Positions 12,745 through 25,033 of a DNA stretch of 64,000 nucleotides are shown here, in pieces; the stretch's first letter is position 1, and each line of letters begins with the position of its first letter. This DNA is from Octopus vulgaris (Eukaryota). The notes under the pieces were generated by a model. That model did no database searches. It saw only the letters and a program-made list of their open reading frames with translations, and was not told the origin of the DNA. The position numbers and the translations under genes are program-made. The stretch covers positions 35,464,001-35,528,000 of the forward strand of contig OX597823.1 of the NCBI GenBank assembly GCA_951406725.2. Reading direction: 5' to 3'.

Positions 12745-13062
12745 GTGTATAGGTATTTATACACAGAGAGGCGACCCTTTACAGGACGCCTTATATGAAA
12801 GAAAGGGCAGCGAAACCCACAACACGATAAAAAGTAATTCCAAAGAGAATGAAAACAAAAATTATTTATAGTTAACTCCAAACTCGCGTTTCTCTATGAA
12901 TGAACAAATAAAATAAAGCAGAATCTTGAGTTTGGGGTTACATATTTTTGTTTTCCTTCTCTTTGGAATTACTTTTTCTGCAGTTTGGGTCTGGCTGCTG
13001 TTTCTAGCATGTAAGGCTTCCTGTCAAGGGTCATATCACTATGTACAAATACTCATATACTT
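12745..13062. repeat. Diverged inverted repeat (~12745-12886 vs ~12927-13062)
   Basis: aaaagtaattccaaagagaa vs ttctctttggaattactttt; gttaactccaaactc vs gagtttggggttac; GAAACGCGAGTT (HHR 3'-half-like) on the minus strand at the inner edge. Confidence 0.7.
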
Positions 13063-13149
13063 ATATGAAAATATGTTTTGACTTTTATTACGTATGCTAA
13101 CCACTGGTATGAAGATTGTTTCTAAATTTTCTACCCTTATAATTTTCAC

Positions 13150-13196
<47 letters not shown>

Positions 13197-13199
13197 ATT

Positions 13200-13384
13200 C
13201 ATTTATCTTTTATGTTGTTAATTGTTTCAGTCATTTGACTGCGGCCATGCTAGAGCACGGCCTTTAATCGAAGAAATTGACCCCAGGACTCATTCTTTGT
13301 AAGCCTAGGACTTATTTTATTTTTTCTCTTTTGCCGAACCGTTAAGTTACGGGGAAGTAAACACACCAGCATCAGTTGTTAAGC

Positions 13385-13421
<37 letters not shown>

Positions 13422-13566
13422 AAACAACGGGATTCTTTCACTTTCCGTCGACCAAATCCACTCACAAAGCTTAGGTCGGCCTGAGGCTATAGTAGATGAG
13501 ACTTGCCCAAGGTAGCACGCTGTGGGACTTGAACCCGGAACCATGTGGCTGGTAAGAAAGCTACTT
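13200..13566 (-). mobile_element. tRNA-derived SINE family A, head interrupted by a Tx1-like LINE
   Basis: Matches other family A copies up to ccatgtggctggtaagaaagctactt, where the expected accacacagccac is replaced by LINE 3' sequence. Confidence 0.85.
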
Positions 13567-16500
13567 TATTTCAATAAATTTCGCCATAAAGGCGTTACAA
13601 AATAGTGGACAAACATGGACATACAAACATAGAGTGTGAAGTAGCTTCTAATACGAATAAAAATTAAATGTTCGGTGAATGAAAATTTAAAAATCTATAT
13701 ATATTTACACATGCATTTACAATAATTATTTTACCAGTAATAATTTTATAGGAAGGAAAGGAACCCAGACATCCGGGTAGAACCTTTACTCTTACCAACA
13801 ACCCCACCTAGCTCGTGTCAGTCACTCTCAGCTTGCTCGCCACAGGCATCCATCTTTTTACGAACGTGCTCCGTAACAGACACCTTTTCTCCAGCCTGAT
13901 CTTACTAGTGAAGTTCACCAACACTTAGCCGGAGAAAAAGTGCCTGTCACAATCCCTTTCACTCACGTCTTCCATACTGTTTCTTTCAGTATGGCTACTA
14001 CGCAGAAGAAACAAGCCCTCCTTTCCCTGTCAAGGGAAGGAGGCGGCACAATCTCAATGATAGACTCTGCTGATAGCTGTACTCTTCTCATTACTGACAA
14101 CAGTTGCTCAACAAAAGATATCAGTCTCAATAATTCCGGACATTCCACAAATGTGAGCAAGACGGTTTCCCTGTCCCGCACGCATCTCGAGCATGTCGGC
14201 GAGACGGTACTACCGTACCTCAAAAGCTTATCCCGAACAGGTAATACCACACAGAAGCACTGCTAAGCTAAGGATTTCTGGTAATTATCCAGATACCTCG
14301 GCCCGAACGTTTTTCTGAACAGGTTGATCAACTGATTTTCATCGTAGCCTAGGGTCTTTCCCAAGGCTTCTTCTGACATAGGTCCCACTAACCTGCTATA
14401 AAATGCCGAGGTGGAACTCCTATTGCCGGCATTGCCTACCTGAGAGAGTAGCTGAAGCGCTTGACGGCACTCCAAATGCCACTCCCCCAGTTTAGGCCTT
14501 TGCTTGATCCATGTACCAATGTTCGTTAAGGACGTCCTCTGAGGAAGGTAGAACCGTACGTGCGGCGACCACACTTGTTCTCCATCCAGATAAAGCCAAA
14601 GGTGCCTCAACCTTAACGCATGTTTTCACATCTTCAGCCAAGGCATCCCTAGCCCACCCTTTAGCAGCTTTTGACAGCAGACAGAGCGCTTCACAAATGG
14701 TTTTCCTCCTTTCCACAAAAAGCGGAAAAGGATTCTCTCCAACTTGTTCAGCCACAAATCGGGGCAAAGCACCACGGTCAGACGGTCGGTGATAACGGAT
14801 GCTATAAACACCCGTACCACCTCTGCCTTCTCTAAAAATGATAACGCCCTCCCAGACCAGGTCTGGGTTAAAGCAGTCACCTTGCTGGTTACCTCACTCC
14901 AATTCTTCTCTATCTGGAGGTCAGGACCAAACCAGACCCCCAGCAGTTTAACAGGACCTTCCGTTCAACGTCCAACGACGTTATCGGACGCCATTGGCTT
15001 GCCCATTCAGGTGCCGAGTTGCAAACCGACCGACTTGTCCTTGTTAACCTTGGCTTCTTCCACCGCCTCGTAACCTTTGATGACTTCTTCCACGATAGGA
15101 AGTTGGTCCTCGTCAGCCACGATGATGGAGATGTCATCCGCATACGCAATAGCTCCTCTTCCACACCATAGACCATGCGGCGTACTCCCTAATGCCTTCA
15201 TTATCCGCAGCAATGGCTCAAGAGCCAACATATACAAAAGCGGAGACAGAGGACACTCCTGATGCACTGATCACTTGATCTTGAACGGCTTCGAAAGGAA
15301 ACCGTTCACTTTAATGATAGACTCGATGTCGCCATACAAAGCAGTAATCCAACAACGGAAGGCCGAACCCAAGTCAGCCTTCTTGAGGACCGCCGCCAAG
15401 TACCGATGGTCGACCCTATCAAATGCTTTAGATGGGTCTAAATGCACCAGTGCCCCCCATCCCTGCACCAGAAAGTTTCCTTACCCTTTCTGAGAAGTAG
15501 CGTATAAGGTGGAGATTATCGTGGATCGACCTTCCCGGGATGGCACAAGTCTGTCCACGACCCGCAACAACCTTTTTGCTAGCACCCTGGCCAGAATCTT
15601 TAACTCTGTGTTAAGCAGAGTAATGGGCCTTGCTCGGGTCCTTTTTGATCAGCGTCACTACCCTCCGGCTTATAGACTTGGGAATTCTCCCATTCTGCTG
15701 CCCATTGGCATAAACACTGATCAGCAGGTGCCCGAATAAGTCTGTTATGCTTTTATAAAATTCATAGGGTAGACCATCGAGACACGGCGACCTCTCCCCG
15801 GGACATTCGCCTAGAACCTCGATCACCTCCTCGGCTGTGATTGATCCCTCACAGCACTCAGCTTCTCGTGCCGAGAGACGCGGGCTGCTAAACAGGAAGT
15901 CCCCAAGGGCCTCACCCTGATTCCGCGTCCCGCCTCTCCCGAACAACTCGGCAAAGTGCTTGTGAAGCACCTCACATATCTCGTCCTGTCCTTCGACCGA
16001 ACTCCCGTTCGCATCAAGAAAAGACCTAATTGTGGTATTATTGCCACGCTGGGTTTCTACCGAACGGGCCCATCCGGCAACTTGCCCGGACTCTGCACCC
16101 CTCATGTTTGTCTTTGAGGTGACGGTCCAAGCCGTTCTGGCTGCCAAAATGTGAGATGCAGAGCCAAACGTCAACGCCTTCTCTAGGTCCTTAATTAATC
16201 GCCCTTCTATTCTAGCCTTATCTAGCCTTAGATGCTTGCTAAACCTGACAGACTCGAAACGAATGGCTCTCTTGAGGGAGAACCACCACTGATTATTAAT
16301 CACGGCACCGGTTAATGCCTTCTGTACTAATTCTTTAATCTGGCTACGGTATGCCTCGCAAGTCAAAATAGACTTATTCAGCTTCCAGTGGCCGGATCCT
16401 CTCTTAACTGCACTATGTTCAGCCTAATCTTTACCATTCTATAGTCAGTGTAGGACACTTGAACAAGGTGTGGACAGCTAAAACTAGCATTATCACTAGT

Positions 16501-18680
16501 TCTAATAACTATTCTAAGTAAGACTTGAACCTTCAGTCGCCATTCGTCCAGGTCCACTCTGGGACGTCCGGATGGTCAAGCCTGTAATGAGCTGCCAGCT
16601 GAAAACGCTTAAGCAGATCCACGAGACGTGAGTTCACTTTCTTATCGATTGAGCGAACACAATCGATATGTACGTTCATGATAGCATTAAAGTCTTCTAA
16701 TACCACTAATTTCTTCGACGTCACGAGAGAGTTCTCCAGGTGTCAATAAAAATCAGTGTGTAAACCTCTAGCACAAGGTGCATAGATCCCGATCAACCTG
16801 AAGGCCTTACCGCTGTATGTTACATCAAGGACGTGCAGCCCAACTTCAGGGTCCACAAAGACTGTTCTTGTCTACAGAGTTAAGCCTTTACGAATCAGTA
16901 CCACCACACCACCTCGCCCTCTGGTCTGGCTAGGAGACATGATTTTCTCATAGCCATTCAGGAGAGGAAAGAAGGTCCGTAGACTGTCCAGCTTGGTCTC
17001 TGTAGCAACCTTCACATGTATATCGTGTGATCTGAGGTCGTCGAGGAAACAAGCCTGCTTCCATTTCGAACTCAGACCACACACATTCAAACAACGGAGG
17101 TGAAGAAGGGTCATTACAAAAACAAAGAGTTCTACTTACTTTTAACCGGAGAAGTTGGGGCCCGAATTTACCACACGTAAAGCAGCCCCTTCCTTCTCTG
17201 CCATCTTTACGTTTGCGGGTAAATCCCAAATCCTCTGGATAGCTTTTGAGTTCCTTTCCTTTAATTGCTGGAATAGGGTTTCCCCTATTCGAGTGCACCT
17301 GTATTTTGAGTCTTTAACTGATTGGTAGAGGGTTGTTGTGTGATGCGGCACTATTATATTGTTCGTATAATCATTTGAGTATCAAACTCAATTAATATAG
17401 TTTCCACTTCTTTTTTCCTTTTTTCCGGGACAATTGGGGCGGGATCTTTTCTCATTATTTGTTGTGGTGTTGTGTGTGTTTTTGTAGGGGAATTGGATAG
17501 GGATATGGTGTGTGTACGTTTCCGTACTATAGTAGTATATTCCTCCTCTGATACCTTCATGGTATCGTCTGGGGGAGTAACAGTTTTTTGGTAACAGTGT
17601 TTTCCGTTGGTGCCACGAGTCCTGTCTTCCTGATCCCCCTGAATTACTACCGAGATGCATCGCCCAAGCCAGTTCTGGGGTGGGGGGAAGAGCATGTGAT
17701 TTCAAGAAATTTTATTTTGTCCACCCTGTTAAATAACAGGGCGGCCATTATCTCTCTTGGATATATTCTCGGTGGCACTTCTGTCATCCTTACACGGGAA
17801 GTGCGTCTCCATGTAATTCGGCAGAAGTACTATTTCCTTATTTTTTAGGAGGCTCACGGAGTACTCGCGGGCCACCTCTTCTCTCGCAAAACGTACCTCC
17901 ACACCACCATAGGTCTTGCCCCTTGCGATGTATGTAATATTTTTCCATATAGGGACAAGACATTTCTCCACTTTTTCTTTTTCGAAGTGTTTAAAACGCT
18001 TGTTTTCTACACAATATGTTTTAAACACAACCTTTCTACGGTCTAACTCAACCGTGCTAGAGTAGGGTGATATTCTACTATCACCGTCCTCTTCCTTCAT
18101 TTTATTGAAATATTCCTGTAGCAACCCTACAGGAATATCAATATTCTCTGTTGCCACTGGAACAACTGCAGAAAACTTTTTCGTCATGTTGGTATTGCCA
18201 ACATTAATATTACTCTCTTCGAGAGTGCAACTTTCCTTGATAATTTCGAAAAACAATTTTAGTTTAGTTCGAAAAACAATTTTAAAAGTTCGCAAATAAT
18301 TCAATAATAACTTTCTCCACAAGGAGGACAACAGTTCAAAAATAATTCAATAAATAATTCCAACAGTTCCAAGTACAGTTTCAAAAATCCAATATCCGAC
18401 CCCCAAAGGGGGCGTGGAAGACAAATGAAGTCTACGACGACTCTTACCGGTTCAATTGATTTTTCAAACAAAGTTAAAAATGCCACAATGTCTACGCAAA
18501 TAAATAAGTAATTTCTATTTTCCGACAAGCGGGAAATAGAACGGTTCACAAAACAAATTCAACAAAATTAACAAATTAAACAATACCGTTGACAACAAAG
18601 GAAATCCCACATAAGGTAATTCAGTAACACGATGTTCGTAGCAGGAAGCTCAAATGACACGAAGTCGCAACCGGAAGTCA
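13567..18680 (-). mobile_element. 5'-intact but frameshifted Tx1/L1-clade non-LTR retrotransposon (ORF1, APE endonuclease, RT, C-terminal Cys motif)
   Basis: ORF1 17729-18331; APE motifs LNVCGL/ATETK (16872-17114) and EDFNA (16533-16724); RT motifs LDPSKAFDRVDH, QECPLSPLLY, AYADDI (15007-15468); CSRC..ETV..TFVEC (13963-14250); 5' end GACTTCCGGT; ~15-bp TSD. Confidence 0.92.
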
Positions 18681-18941
18681 GTAAGCAAGCTAATTTTATT
18701 CATTTCATTTGCCATAGAGGCAGTACAGAGAACACTTGAAAATACGAAAGCTAAAAGAAGCAGCACATATGCTACGACACAACATGGCCTTGCTTTTTGA
18801 GCCATAAAATTAACTTAACTTAACTTAACAACCTCCTAAGCAGACCAAGTGCAGATATGAGCCGCATATGGGAACGGGTATTAAGGAAAGATAGAAAAAT
18901 ATTAGATTTATAAGCCCTAAAATTCACTCCATAATTGCCCA

Positions 18942-19195
18942 GGGACATATGGCGTAGTGGTTAATAGTTCGATTACAGGCAGTGACCTAAACAACAACAA
19001 TAATCATAATAATAATAATAATAAGGAATAATAATAATAAGGAATAATAATATGAGGAATGAGAACCCAGGTTCGAAATTTCCCTAAGACACCTGAAGAA
19101 GGCTTGAGGGTATATCGACCGAAACGTGTTAACAACAGACAAGGTGAGGACAAATATCCGTCGTATGTAAATAATGTACATAATTCCTCATCTCA
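18942..19195 (+). mobile_element. Short element with tRNA-like head, (TAA)n linker and hammerhead-like tail (copy 1)
   Basis: gggacatatggcgtagtggttaa A-box, agttcgatta B-box remnant, TAA tract, gacac-CTGAAGA-aggctt..gacc-GAAAC-gtgtt at 19088-19130; homologous to 42214-42505. Confidence 0.75.
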
Positions 19196-19297
19196 TATAT
19201 ATATATATATATACTTCTAATATATGATAAAAAATTTTTCCAAAAATTTCATCAAAGTGGCCAGCATATTAAAATACTTTTAAAGGTGAAAATTATA

Positions 19298-19702
19298 AAC
19301 AATTATAAAAAAGGGCAAAAGAAAAAAAGATTCCTATGCCAATATGTTGAGAATATACTTTAAATCGTCAATCACCACAAACAATATACATCAGTATGAA
19401 CACACGTCGTGCTGAAATCGAGGAAGGCAAACTGACAGAATTTTTTTAAATGCGTTATCTTTATATTGAATCAATTTCGGGATTAATCCAAGGGATTTTC
19501 CCCTCATCAGTAGAGAATACGATAAGAAATAAATGGAATACTTACAAGCATCCATGGAAAAAAGCAGAAGCAAGAGTCATGTGTACACATAAGTACCCCA
19601 GTCATATCTGTGATGTATATTTTCCGTGGTGATTGACCATTTAAAGTCTATTCTCAGCATATTGGCTAGAAATCTTTTTTCTTTTGCCCTTATTTATAAT
19701 TG
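19298..19702. repeat. Inverted repeat (~19298-19398 vs ~19602-19702) enclosing an HHR
   Basis: aagggcaaaagaaaaaaagatt...gccaatatgttgagaata..tttaaatcgtcaatcaccac vs gtggtgattgaccatttaaag..tattctcagcatattggc..aatctttttt..cttttgccctt. Confidence 0.85.
19458..19516 (-). ncRNA. Type I hammerhead ribozyme, near-complete
   Basis: Minus strand: TCTCTA-CTGATGA-GGGG-AAAATCCCTTGGATTAA-TCCC-GAAA-TTGATTCAA-TA-TAAAGA; stem I 5/6 paired, stem II G10.1-C11.1, near-palindromic stem III, AUA triplet. Confidence 0.8.
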
Positions 19703-19713
19703 CATATATATAT

Positions 19714-20094
19714 AGGCGTAGGAGTGACTGGGAAGTAAGTAGCTTTCGTACCAGCCACATGGTTCTTGGTTCAGTCCCACTACTTGGCACCTTGGGCAAG
19801 TGTCTTCTGCTATAGCCTCAGGCCGACCAAAGCCTTGTGGACTTGGTACACGGAAACTGAAGGAAGCCCGTCGTACATATATATATATATAAGTATATGT
19901 GTGTGTGTTGCCCAACTATCACTTGACAATCGATGTGTTTACGTCCCCGTAACTTAGCGGTTCGGCAAAAGAGACGGATATTATACTAGGCTTACAAAGA
20001 ATGAGTGTTGGGGTCGATTTGTTCGACTAAAGGCGGTGCTCCAGCATGGCTGCGGTAAACTGACTGAAACAATTGAAAGAATAAAAGAAAAGAA
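19714..20094 (+). mobile_element. Full-length tRNA-derived SINE family A
   Basis: aggcgtaggagtgactgggaagtaag head, ggttcagtccc B-box, ccttgggcaagtgtctt core, internal (TA)(TG) tract, aaagaataaaagaa tail. Confidence 0.85.
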
Positions 20095-20819
20095 TGTATA
20101 TATGTATGTGTGTATGTCGAAGTATTTATGTATGCATTGTTTTTGGAGGCAGATGTTTATGATACTGTATTTTCACACATATGAAAGATAGTAACTGATC
20201 AGATATACAAGCTGGGAATTTACCTAAACTGATATATAGATATATAAAGATTGATCTTTTTGTTTTATTTATCGGTTTTGTTTTGAGGGAGACAATTTTG
20301 TTTATAATTAGCTACATGAATATCCTAAAAAATATCTCCACTAATATATATTGCCAATAGCTTCATCATTTCTATATCCATTATCACATAGTTGTTGAAA
20401 ACGCGCATATCCGGCAAATATTTCTAGTTCTGTCATGGATATGTGGCTATGAAAGTTACTGGTCCGTGGATACCCATGGTAGATTCCATTCTGTTGCAAG
20501 TATTTGGGTCAAGTCTGCATTCTCTGAACAACTACCTTCCATTAGTCTTCGCGGTCATAAAAAATTATTGGAGCCGCCTTTCCTCACTTGACTACTAAAA
20601 ACACACAAAACTACTCAAACAGTGTTGGAAATCTTTAGCTCAGCCAGTCTCTGCTTCCAATTGATTCTACGTTTAATCATATCTTCTCTCTGTTAATTAA
20701 ATCATCATCGTTACAAACTGATGTCCTCTAAATAAGCACAGTTTAATTCATCTGATAAGTGCTGTTCAACAGATATATGGAGTAGAGTAGATATCGACAC
20801 GCTAACCATAGAGAATTCA

Positions 20820-22550
20820 CCTCGGGAATTGTCAAATTATTTCTTTTGTTGAACCAAGGGGGATTGTACAAACAATATTTGTATATTAGCATTACTTCGG
20901 AAATTAATGAGGTTGATTTCTAGTTTAAATGTATGCTTGTAGAAGAATACTTTTGCACGGAGAATATTTCAGAAAATGATCCTTATGGGAGGTTTCATTG
21001 CAAATAGTGTTTGGCGTTCTATTTGTGGGATGAATAATTATACCATAAGATGGAGAATTTTTTGTATTGGTAGAAGTCTTGTTCATTCTGAAAAGGAAAT
21101 AAGGTTGCAGTAAAAAGGGCAATGAGCAGAATCATTGCGTCAATGAATCGTGGGTTAGCTTATCTTTGAGCATTTGCCAGTCAGCTTTTTTTATGTCTAA
21201 GATGTTTGTGGAATTAGTACCCAGTAGTGGGGATTATCTGAGAATTAGCAACTAATCAAAACTAATCAAGCTTATGTATTTTGTTTTTAATTTCAAGACG
21301 TAGCTTAGTCTCTTTAGTGAGGATTTACCAATTCTATATATGCAAGGTCGCTATGAAAGGTTATCAGAGTGTTCAGTCTAATATTACTAGTAACTGTTAT
21401 CCGTACTGAAGATGTGTCGACGTGGACTTAAGTGAGTAACTTGATTTGTAGACGGGTTGAGAAGGTATAATATCTGCAGAACTGTGTGTTCTGTTAAAGA
21501 TAAAACAAAAATGAATATCGTAAATGAAATAAACCAACCCTGTACTCGAGTTGACTGAATGGAATCCGAAAGAGCTCTGTCAATACCTGTGCAATAAGGT
21601 GTTCTTCAAGACAAACAGGAAGAAATTGATAAATGGAGCTCCAAAGGTTGAAAACATTACTGAGACAATTAACTATTTTGGTTTGATGATTTAAAAGACA
21701 ACATTAATATCGATGAAGTTCTCGAGTGCTAAAGTTCACTGTCACGTAATGAAGGATAAGTAATCGTGAGAAAGTTCTTTGCAAAATGTGTACGACTTAC
21801 TATTGTTTTGTGTATCTCACTATAGAAAATAAAGAAGTCTAGGTGGGGGCGTATAATGGTTTTTATTTGCAGTTACTCTGAAGTTTTTGTGTTGTAGCCA
21901 TTATATGTAATATGGTAGGATATAGAAATCAGAAAAGAAACCCTGTCACTCGTTTAGATATCTAAGATGCCTCGGTGGAGAAAACTTGTTAGTCAAGGAA
22001 GTCAGCACAGAAAACCTATCTCTTAACGGGATGAGAAAAAATTATTTTGATTGAGGGTGGTGTGTTTCCTTGATAAGGCAAATAAAGCAATACATTGAGA
22101 AAAAAATTCAGTGAAGGCTGTAAAAGTAAGTTTAGAGATAAAGATGTTTTGAAAGTGTCGATGGTTATAGTGTATTGGTTAGTTGGGTGAGTGTTACAAA
22201 ATTATGAGGCTTACTTGTGCCGATGATTAAGAATAATATTTGATTTGGTTTGATTTGTTTGCCAGTAATGATGTCATTGTGATAGAAATTAATGAGTTAA
22301 CAGATTTTGTGTGCTGAAATCATTGAACATTCAGGGGAAGAGTTTAAGAGAAATAGTCTAAATTTCGGGCGAAATGTGATTTAAAGAATGACACGAACGT
22401 AAATAAATTGATTATAGAGATATTAAAATAAGGTAACTGGAATACTTTGCTAGTGATATCTAGGGGAAATATTAGGGCCGGATTGTACTTTGCGTTTGCC
22501 TAGACACCAACTTTTAGAAAAAGAACACTAGCGTACAAACGTGTTCTTGT
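20820..22550 (-). mobile_element. Possible very old Penelope-like RT relic
   Basis: Only scattered similarity (PADKG-like near 22020, P.LY..PK.H-like near 21830, F.R.LRL-like near 22365); no open frame. Confidence 0.3.
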
Positions 22551-22579
22551 ATTCTACTTTTACATATATAGACATATAT

Positions 22580-22735
22580 ACGACAGGCTTCTTTCAGTTT
22601 CCGTCTACTAAATCCACAAACAAGGCTTTAGTCAGCCCGAGGCTATAGTGGAAGACACTTGCCCAAGGTAACACGCAGTGGGACTGAACCTGGAACCATG
22701 TGGTTGTGAAACAAGCTTCTTAACACACAGCCACG
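22580..22735 (-). mobile_element. tRNA-derived SINE family A (5' half)
   Basis: gcttctttcagtttccgtctac...acacttgcccaagg...gggactgaacctgg...acacagccac. Confidence 0.85.
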
Positions 22736-22831
22736 TTTGATAAGAACTGCCACCCGATGCACATATAAGCGCTGTATTAGCAATATGACTGATTACATAC
22801 TGTGATGTTAAATTAAAATGTATAAATATAT

Positions 22832-22972
22832 AGGCGCAGGAGTGGCCGTGTGGAAAGAAGCTCACTTCCCAACCACATGGTTCCTGGTTCAGTTCCATTA
22901 CGTGGCACCTTGGTCAAGTGTCTTTTACTATAGCCTCGGGCCGATCAAAGCCTTATGAGTGGATTTGGTATG
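22832..22972 (+). mobile_element. tRNA-derived SINE family A (5' half)
   Basis: aggcgcaggagtggccgtgtgg...ggttcagttcc...ccttggtcaagtgtc. Confidence 0.85.
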
Positions 22973-23221
22973 CACACCTAATGCATTGTTATATGTATGT
23001 GCCCGAGGGAAATTCACGTACGCGTGTCCACATGCGTATATGAATGCTGGTTATTTTCATATGTACATTCAAACACCAACAGTTTACAAAACCGTTATAA
23101 ACAAATATACTTTTCGTGAAACGCTATAGAGTAAACAAAGTAATTCAAACTTTCATTAACCAATCGGAATTAATTGACCAACAAGGATCTATATTAACTT
23201 CTCTTAGAAGAATAAACACAC

Positions 23222-23258
<37 letters not shown>

Positions 23259-24030
23259 TGCATGTGTGAGTGTGCATACGTATTTGCGCATGTATGTGTA
23301 TATACAGTACTGTTACAAAAATGTTTTACATGGAAAGAAAAAAGTGGATTTTCATTTAGGCATATTGATTCGAACCTGAATCTTCAGAATTCCCTTTTAG
23401 CGTATCACTGCACTTGCTCACGGAGAAACAAGAATTGACAGCTGAGACATTAAAAACATGCCAAGCCGATTTATGTATTCTTCACTTGATATATTAACCC
23501 CCTCCTATGCAAACAATAGGTGACAGGGGATATGGAAGATACCTACAGCAGTACCTATTATTTTTAGAGCGGTATGTTCATCTTTCTTGTCGTGTTACGA
23601 TAATTATAAATAGACGGTCCGCTTGCTAAAGAGTTAGTTAAGTGAGTTTGATGAGATGACCAAAACCAGATACGACTAATGCTCATCCCTACCTCACTTT
23701 AGAATGACAAGTGTCATTCTGTCTCTCTCCGTTGCTGTTGCTGAAATGACAGGCAGAATGAAGTCTCATTCTGTCTTCCTTCCTCTTTCGTCTCAGCCAC
23801 CCTTTAAAGGTTTGTTACTACTACTAACGGCATAAACCGTAAACTATAACACAAGAAAACGTAAGGGTGACTTCCCTTTTGTTTTGATCACCTTTCGAGG
23901 ATTCGCAATGAATCAAGGAAATCCACTTGTCTTTAAAAACTGATATATATTCAACTATTTGTAACAGCTCTGCGCGTGAACTCTGATATTTTGTGACGGC
24001 TTGTTTTGGACTCAAATGATTTATATGTTA

Positions 24031-24431
24031 CTAGCAGTATCGCCCGGCGTTGCTCGGGTTTGTAAGGGAAATAACTATATAACCATTTTTTGAGAGTTAT
24101 AGCCAAAAACTAGCAAAAAAATGCATTAAAAATGGAAAAAAAAATGATGGTAAATTTTTTTTTAAATCGTTGACTCATCGTAGACATTTTTAGAGAGTTA
24201 CTTCCCTTATATAATAGCGAAAAAAATGCATTAAAATGGAAAAAAATGATGATAAATATTTTTTTAGAATCGTAGACTCATCGTAGACGCGCGCTAATAC
24301 CCAGAAGGGCTCGATATGAATCACGACTATAAGATACACGGTTTTGGTTAAACTGCACCGCAAAATGTGGGAGTAGTTAGGAATCTAAATCGTAGGAGAC
24401 AGACACACAACTTCACTTTTATATATAAAGA
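24031..24431 (-). mobile_element. Complete non-autonomous Helitron (~400 bp)
   Basis: Minus strand starts A|TCTTTATATATAAAAG and ends CCCGAGCAACGCCGGG hairpin + cgatactgCTAG|T; inserted between A and T; internal ~115-bp duplication. Confidence 0.9.
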
Positions 24432-25033
24432 TATGTTTTATGCCATTCATCTTTACTAAATACATAGTTGGATCTAAAATCGGGTTTGTTGTTATATCTA
24501 TGCATATTATTTTCTGGTGCCTTTGACTAACCCGTAACAGCACATACGTGTATGCGCAAATATGTGTGTTCGTGTGTGGATGTATGTGTATGTGTCGGTA
24601 TATGCGTGTGTCTGTGTGTGTATATATATTTATATATATATATAGGTTATAAAATGAGATAGGGGTTGAAAATTCAACCCACCATGGGATAATATATATC
24701 CAATATACTGCTAGATAGGTACCCAACAAAAATTAATACATAGATGTTAGAAATTGTCAAGCAATCAGTTCATCTATTGTATTAAATGGGTAAGGGTAAT
24801 AATATTACCGTAAATTAATACTACAAAATTAGAGAATGGAGAAACATACTTAAATCAATAAAGCATCAACTATCCGATGATACTCAATCCATACTTTAAT
24901 ACACCATTACATAGGAGTAAAGGCAATATATAAAATGAAATGAGATATACAGTAATAGTAAAAGTAAAAGTAAAAGTAAAAAGATAAAGAGATATAAGTA
25001 AAAAATTACAAATACAATATGCAAATAAATCAA

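Noticed and set aside
12333-12881. Long YIYIYI/VCVC ORFs (also 3490-3804, 26871-27342, 37929-38278, 46199-47259, 55016-55362, 59886-60322)
   Set aside because: Stop-free translations of (TA)n, (TG)n, (TATG)n and (ATT)n microsatellites; not genes
13583-13593. gccataaaggc shared between the Tx1 3' end and the HHR stem II tip at 25086-25096
   Set aside because: A single 11-mer match with no flanking homology; likely chance
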